Source: Sphaeroforma arctica JP610
Taxonomy: Eukaryota
Assembly: GCF_001186125.1 (NCBI RefSeq)
Contig: NW_014040344.1
Location: 6,236-40,643 of the forward strand
Direction: 5' to 3'
DNA: 34,408 nucleotides
This document shows, one piece after another, positions 30,144-34,408 of the stretch. Position 1 is the first letter of the stretch, and every line of letters begins with the position of its first letter. Made by a program: the position numbers and the translations under genes. The notes under the pieces are model-generated. The model had not been told where the DNA came from, searched no databases, and saw only the letters and a list, made by a program, of their open reading frames with translations.

Positions 30144-32648
30144 TCACAATACCTCGAAGCCATCCTCCACATCGCCCGCAGGGCTTGCTACACCCGCTAT
30201 AGCATGGCCTGTCTCGTCGTACCATGCATCGTCAGCCCCACTTGACCAATCCTCTCCCACGGACGGGTAGAGTCTCCACCCAGAAACCGGCTTGGCGGTG
30301 GCTTCCGTGTCATGCAAATCACTTCCCTCACCTGTCTTCTCAAAAGGCTTGTTTCCCCTAGCCACTGCCGTTGGTGTGCTGTAAGCAGAGAAAACCTCAT
30401 CGTGCTCAGAGTTATGTGTGACCACATCATCCACAGACGGGTAGATGCGAGAGCTTCGCACATCCAGCTCCCTGACTGCGGCCGTACTCTCTTTCACAAT
30501 AGGCTCAGTGGACGTATCCGCCTCGAATACCCCTCCCTCCTCCCGAGCTTTCACGACATTCTCCTTGTTCCTATCAACAAACTGCTGCCACTGACTGTCC
30601 CAATCACGCCAACTGCGCGGTGCCTCCACCTGACTACCACCCGTCGGCGTGCTTGTCCGGGTGACTGTTAGCGTGCCAGTGCCTGTCTGTGTCGGTGTGA
30701 GAGGTTGTACCAGCGGCTGTAACAGCGACTGCGGATGAGTAGCCGACGGTAGTACAAGAGGGATAGCCGTGGGCAGTGCATCAGGGGTGGTCGTGGATAG
30801 TACAGGAGGGGGTGTCTTGGGCAAAGGTGGTCTCATTTGTGGGTCTTGAACCCCCGCAAATGGCTCAGAAACCGATTGTTCTTTTGGAATCGGTGTGGCA
30901 GTTATCTTGGCAGCTTTGGGTGGTTGGGAGGAAGATGTTGTTCGCCTACCCCGGAACCTGCGGTCTCGCCTTGTGCATCGAGAGGGCAGAGGGGTTTTTG
31001 TACGCGTACACTTCGCACTCACATCGCTCGCCTCGCCCGTGTCGGCAGTGCTGCCTGTATTCGCACTCCCCCTTTCGGAGGCTGCTGCTACTTCGGCTGC
31101 GACGGCACACAAGGTCTCATTTCCTAGTACAGGTACAGGGGTGACAGGTACCGCACTTGCAAAAGCCTGTGCGTCTGTGTCTGTGCTTGTATTGCTAAGC
31201 GGACCAGCTCCGGCGGGAGCCCATTTATCCCAGCCAAACCATCCACGGCCAATGCCCACACCACGCCCACGCGCAGCCATAGGGCCCATACCCATACCCA
31301 TACCCATACACATACCCATACCCATACCCATACCTCTACCACCCCTACCTCTACCTCCACGCGCTACCGACCCACACATCCCTCTACCCCCGCGCCTACC
31401 ACAGGAACGTCGGCGCGTACTCAGCTGCTCAGCGGATTTGATCTCTGATCGCGTCTCGTGAGTCAAAGGACGGCGTATCAGGTACAGCACGTGGTCGGGA
31501 GAGTGGCCGGTCGTGGCCATGCAGGTGGCGCACAGGTCAAAGTCAGCACACACAAAGCACTTGAAACGCACACCCAGGATATAGGTGTCACACACGTCGC
31601 ACTTGACACCTGGGTGGGCACACAGGTCCTCTGCCACATTGCTGCCACTCGCATTCAGTGTGAAACTGCTGACATTGCGCTCGCCTTCGATTGCACTACC
31701 TGACAATACATTGCTCTGAGTTGTTTCAACTGCAGCAGACCGGTTCGTATTGCCAGCAACCCCGGCTGCCACATCGCCCCGTGTCGGATTTGCCGGATTA
31801 TCTGAGCTTTGTGAAGGGGTCTCAAGTTTCTTCACCAACCCTGGATTCAACACACCTCGCATCAGCCGCTGCATACTGCAAGCAAGGTCTTCGGTATCCA
31901 CCTGCTGCACCAGCTTGCCTACACTCTGCTGTACACTCCTACCAATATCATCCACAATTTCATCCACGTGAGCCATGGTCACACTCTTGACCATGTTGGT
32001 CAACAAAGCATTGACTTGCACTCGTTCCTCATCAATTGGCACGTCTTCGCCAATGTCGCTGCCCTTGTTACACAATGCCGGACTTGCCTCAGAGTGTTTC
32101 TCCGTTGCCGATATGGGATTCCGTTCAGGTGACGCGATAGTAGATCCTTCTTTCTCAGTCACGCCCACTGCATGTTGAGCAGTTTCAAACTGTGCATCGA
32201 AACAAAGGGTTTCTGTTTTCGATGCAGACACCACGTCTGAGCTGTTTGTGTTCATATTCTTTAGACTCGAATTCCTAATCGGTTGCCCTGCAGCTAAGCC
32301 ACCACCCTCCATGTCTCCTTTCGCACACAATCCCACATCTGAATCACGAACACACTTTACGACAGGCTGTGCCATCTTCGGAGTATGAGATATCTCATCC
32401 ACATACACAAACACCCGCAATTTATCATGCAGCTTAGCAAGACTATCACGAGCCTCACAAAAGTCAGCTTCACACACGATGGTCACGTAATCCCCTTCAT
32501 CGTCGGCATACTTCGCTCTGAAACTAGGAAGATTATACAGCCGAGAGATCTGAGTTCTTAAATGACCCCAGGAATGAGCATTAAACCGCTTGATATTGCC
32601 GTATAAATCGGATTGTACTTTGATTGACATCATTGAAGAATAGTTCAT
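30144..32648 (-). CDS. PB1 + ZZ zinc-finger protein of the p62/SQSTM1-NBR1 selective autophagy receptor family, with a C-terminal LIR and no UBA domain
   Basis: PB1: SIKVQ..GNIKRF..YADDEGDYVTI (basic Lys plus OPCA motif). ZZ: HPGVKCDVCDTYILGVRFKCFVCADFDLCATC..H..H. C-terminus EDGFEVL*. Likely start is ATG 32648 or 32633/32630; the ORF extension to 32783 crosses a (TA)n tract and an acceptor-like site and is probably non-coding. Confidence 0.88.
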   Translation of the reverse strand: MNYSSMMSIKVQSDLYGNIKRFNAHSWGHLRTQISRLYNLPSFRAKYADDEGDYVTIVCEADFCEARDSLAKLHDKLRVFVYVDEISHTPKMAQPVVKCVRDSDVGLCAKGDMEGGGLAAGQPIRNSSLKNMNTNSSDVVSASKTETLCFDAQFETAQHAVGVTEKEGSTIASPERNPISATEKHSEASPALCNKGSDIGEDVPIDEERVQVNALLTNMVKSVTMAHVDEIVDDIGRSVQQSVGKLVQQVDTEDLACSMQRLMRGVLNPGLVKKLETPSQSSDNPANPTRGDVAAGVAGNTNRSAAVETTQSNVLSGSAIEGERNVSSFTLNASGSNVAEDLCAHPGVKCDVCDTYILGVRFKCFVCADFDLCATCMATTGHSPDHVLYLIRRPLTHETRSEIKSAEQLSTRRRSCGRRGGRGMCGSVARGGRGRGGRGMGMGMGMCMGMGMGMGPMAARGRGVGIGRGWFGWDKWAPAGAGPLSNTSTDTDAQAFASAVPVTPVPVLGNETLCAVAAEVAAASERGSANTGSTADTGEASDVSAKCTRTKTPLPSRCTRRDRRFRGRRTTSSSQPPKAAKITATPIPKEQSVSEPFAGVQDPQMRPPLPKTPPPVLSTTTPDALPTAIPLVLPSATHPQSLLQPLVQPLTPTQTGTGTLTVTRTSTPTGGSQVEAPRSWRDWDSQWQQFVDRNKENVVKAREEGGVFEADTSTEPIVKESTAAVRELDVRSSRIYPSVDDVVTHNSEHDEVFSAYSTPTAVARGNKPFEKTGEGSDLHDTEATAKPVSGWRLYPSVGEDWSSGADDAWYDETGHAIAGVASPAGDVEDGFEVL

Positions 32649-33489
32649 GAATCTACGTGTACAAACATACGGTACATCTGAGGATGAAATTATGAGAACC
32701 AACGATATACATGTACATATATATATATATATAAATACAGACTCCTCTAATTTATATTCGGATATGCCTGTGTACGCAATCAATTTACTCCAAATGACTC
32801 ATCGATGTTGCTTGATGGATAAGTGGAAATAAAAATACTTTGGAAAATGAAAATGTATGTATGTACATACGTCGATATACATTAAAAATGTATATGTATG
32901 CTTTTTTCTGGCTTGGCTATTTTATTATATTGTAGTGTTGGGAAGTGATTATTACGGCCAGCGTACGTAGCGATTTAAAGAGCAGTTGAACCTGTGACTA
33001 GCGACTTACAGTTGTATTAAATGGGCTCGAACACCGCGTGTGGACTTAATTTCATATATTCACCTTAATGTTCGAATGGTATGATGTACACACCGCCGAT
33101 GTGAGGAACTCTTTTTATCGCCAATACTGAGCAGCGAACAAGCAACTACTTCAATTCGGAACCAAATCCCGTTCGTTCCTTGCTTTTGTGATCCAACTGT
33201 GAGTCTCTTACGCAATCGGAGCGTCTTGTGTCTTACCTTCGAACGACTCCCTTGCTTTGCTTCGAATTCTATACACAATTGGTGTCTCGCCGGACATCCG
33301 GCTTCTCCCCACGATGTCGGCGCTTGTATACCTCTGCATCTCACATTTTATGTTTTCTAAAACGTACTCATCTCACAAGAATCAGTTGGCAGTCGGTTAC
33401 GCGTCGTCTTCAATCTCCACTCGTACGAACTATTTCCAAACTCCTCGACAGTTTTACCCGTTATTCTTGTCGGGATATTTAAAATACAG

Positions 33490-33509
33490 AGTATACACAT
33501 ATATATTTA

Positions 33510-33559
<50 letters not shown>

Positions 33560-34341
33560 TTGTGTGTGTNNNNNNNNNNNNNNNNNNNNATATATAAATA
33601 TATATGTATGTATTTATTTGTGTATATTTTGTTTATATATATATTGGGATATATTGTGATATATTGTGATATATATATATAGATATATACATACTTATCA
33701 TATATATACATACTTATACAAATACATTTATACACACATACGAATATATGTATATATATATATATATATACATAGGCCTGTGTGTAGTATATTTATATAT
33801 ATACAAATATATGCTTCTGTGTATGTATGTATATATTTGTATATATATAAATACTATATATCTGTATGTATGTATGCGTGTATGTATGTATGTATGTATA
33901 CGTATATATATAAATACTGTATGTTTGTATGTATTCGTGTATGTATGTATGTTTACACATACATATATATATATATATATATACAATAGGTGTGTGTGTG
34001 TGTGAGTGTGTGTGTGTATGTATATATTTATATATATAATAATATATATATATATGTATTTATAATTTATATTTTTATTCGTTCATAAATGAAATGTATA
34101 GATATATTGATATATAGAGTTTATATGTATATGTTATACATATATATATGCATACATATCTATATATGTATAAGTGTGTATATTCATACATATATATATA
34201 TATATGTATATATATATATTTGTGTGTGTGTTTGTGTGTTTGTTTATTTGTGCATATATGTGTATGGATATATGGATATATATATATGTGTGTGTGTGTG
34301 TGTGTTTGTTTATTTGTGCATATATGTGTATGGATATATGG

Positions 34342-34388
<47 letters not shown>

Positions 34389-34408
34389 AATATATATATA
34401 TATATATA
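33490..34408. repeat. Compound (GT)n/(TA)n/(GTAT)n low-complexity microsatellite field with a small gap and a 66-bp tandem duplication
   Basis: Direct. tatttgtgcatatatgtgtatggatatatggatata occurs at 34245 and 34311. Confidence 0.95.

Noticed and set aside
30575..30615. WRDWDSQWQQF as a possible NBR1 FW (four-tryptophan) domain
   Set aside because: The FW domain is a ~100-aa beta-sandwich with dispersed Trp; this is a short cluster inside a disordered region.
33060..34389. ORFs at the right end of the window
   Set aside because: Mostly translations of microsatellite (YIYI/VCVC); the 33060-33480 ORFs show no recognisable product.

Overview
Intron-rich eukaryotic genomic DNA with GT-AG introns, (TA)n/(GT)n microsatellites and three N gaps. 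Gene content and style suggest a unicellular holozoan such as an ichthyosporean (Sphaeroforma-like); this is inference. Six protein genes are supported: (1) the 5' part of a probable 40S biogenesis factor (C1orf131/FSAF1-like, DUF4602, minus strand); (2) a secreted repeat protein whose frame continues past a single TGA into a bulb-type-lectin-like domain (3891-4868); (3) a large ARM-repeat protein with a C-terminal hydrophobic hairpin; (4) a 14-exon ITFG1/LINKIN orthologue with a 125-bp intronic minisatellite; (5) Leo1 (PAF1 complex) with an N-terminal RS domain, partly interrupted by a gap; (6) a PB1-ZZ p62/NBR1-family autophagy receptor candidate with no UBA or FW domain but a C-terminal LIR, two [IL]YPSV motifs and an RGG/(GM)n tract. 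The 1.05-3.8 kb intergenic region is highly structured: a degenerate foldback element, GACTC-rich micro-duplicated tracts and a cluster of CGACAYGTC-type sites. No rRNA, tRNA, CRISPR array or autonomous transposon was found.
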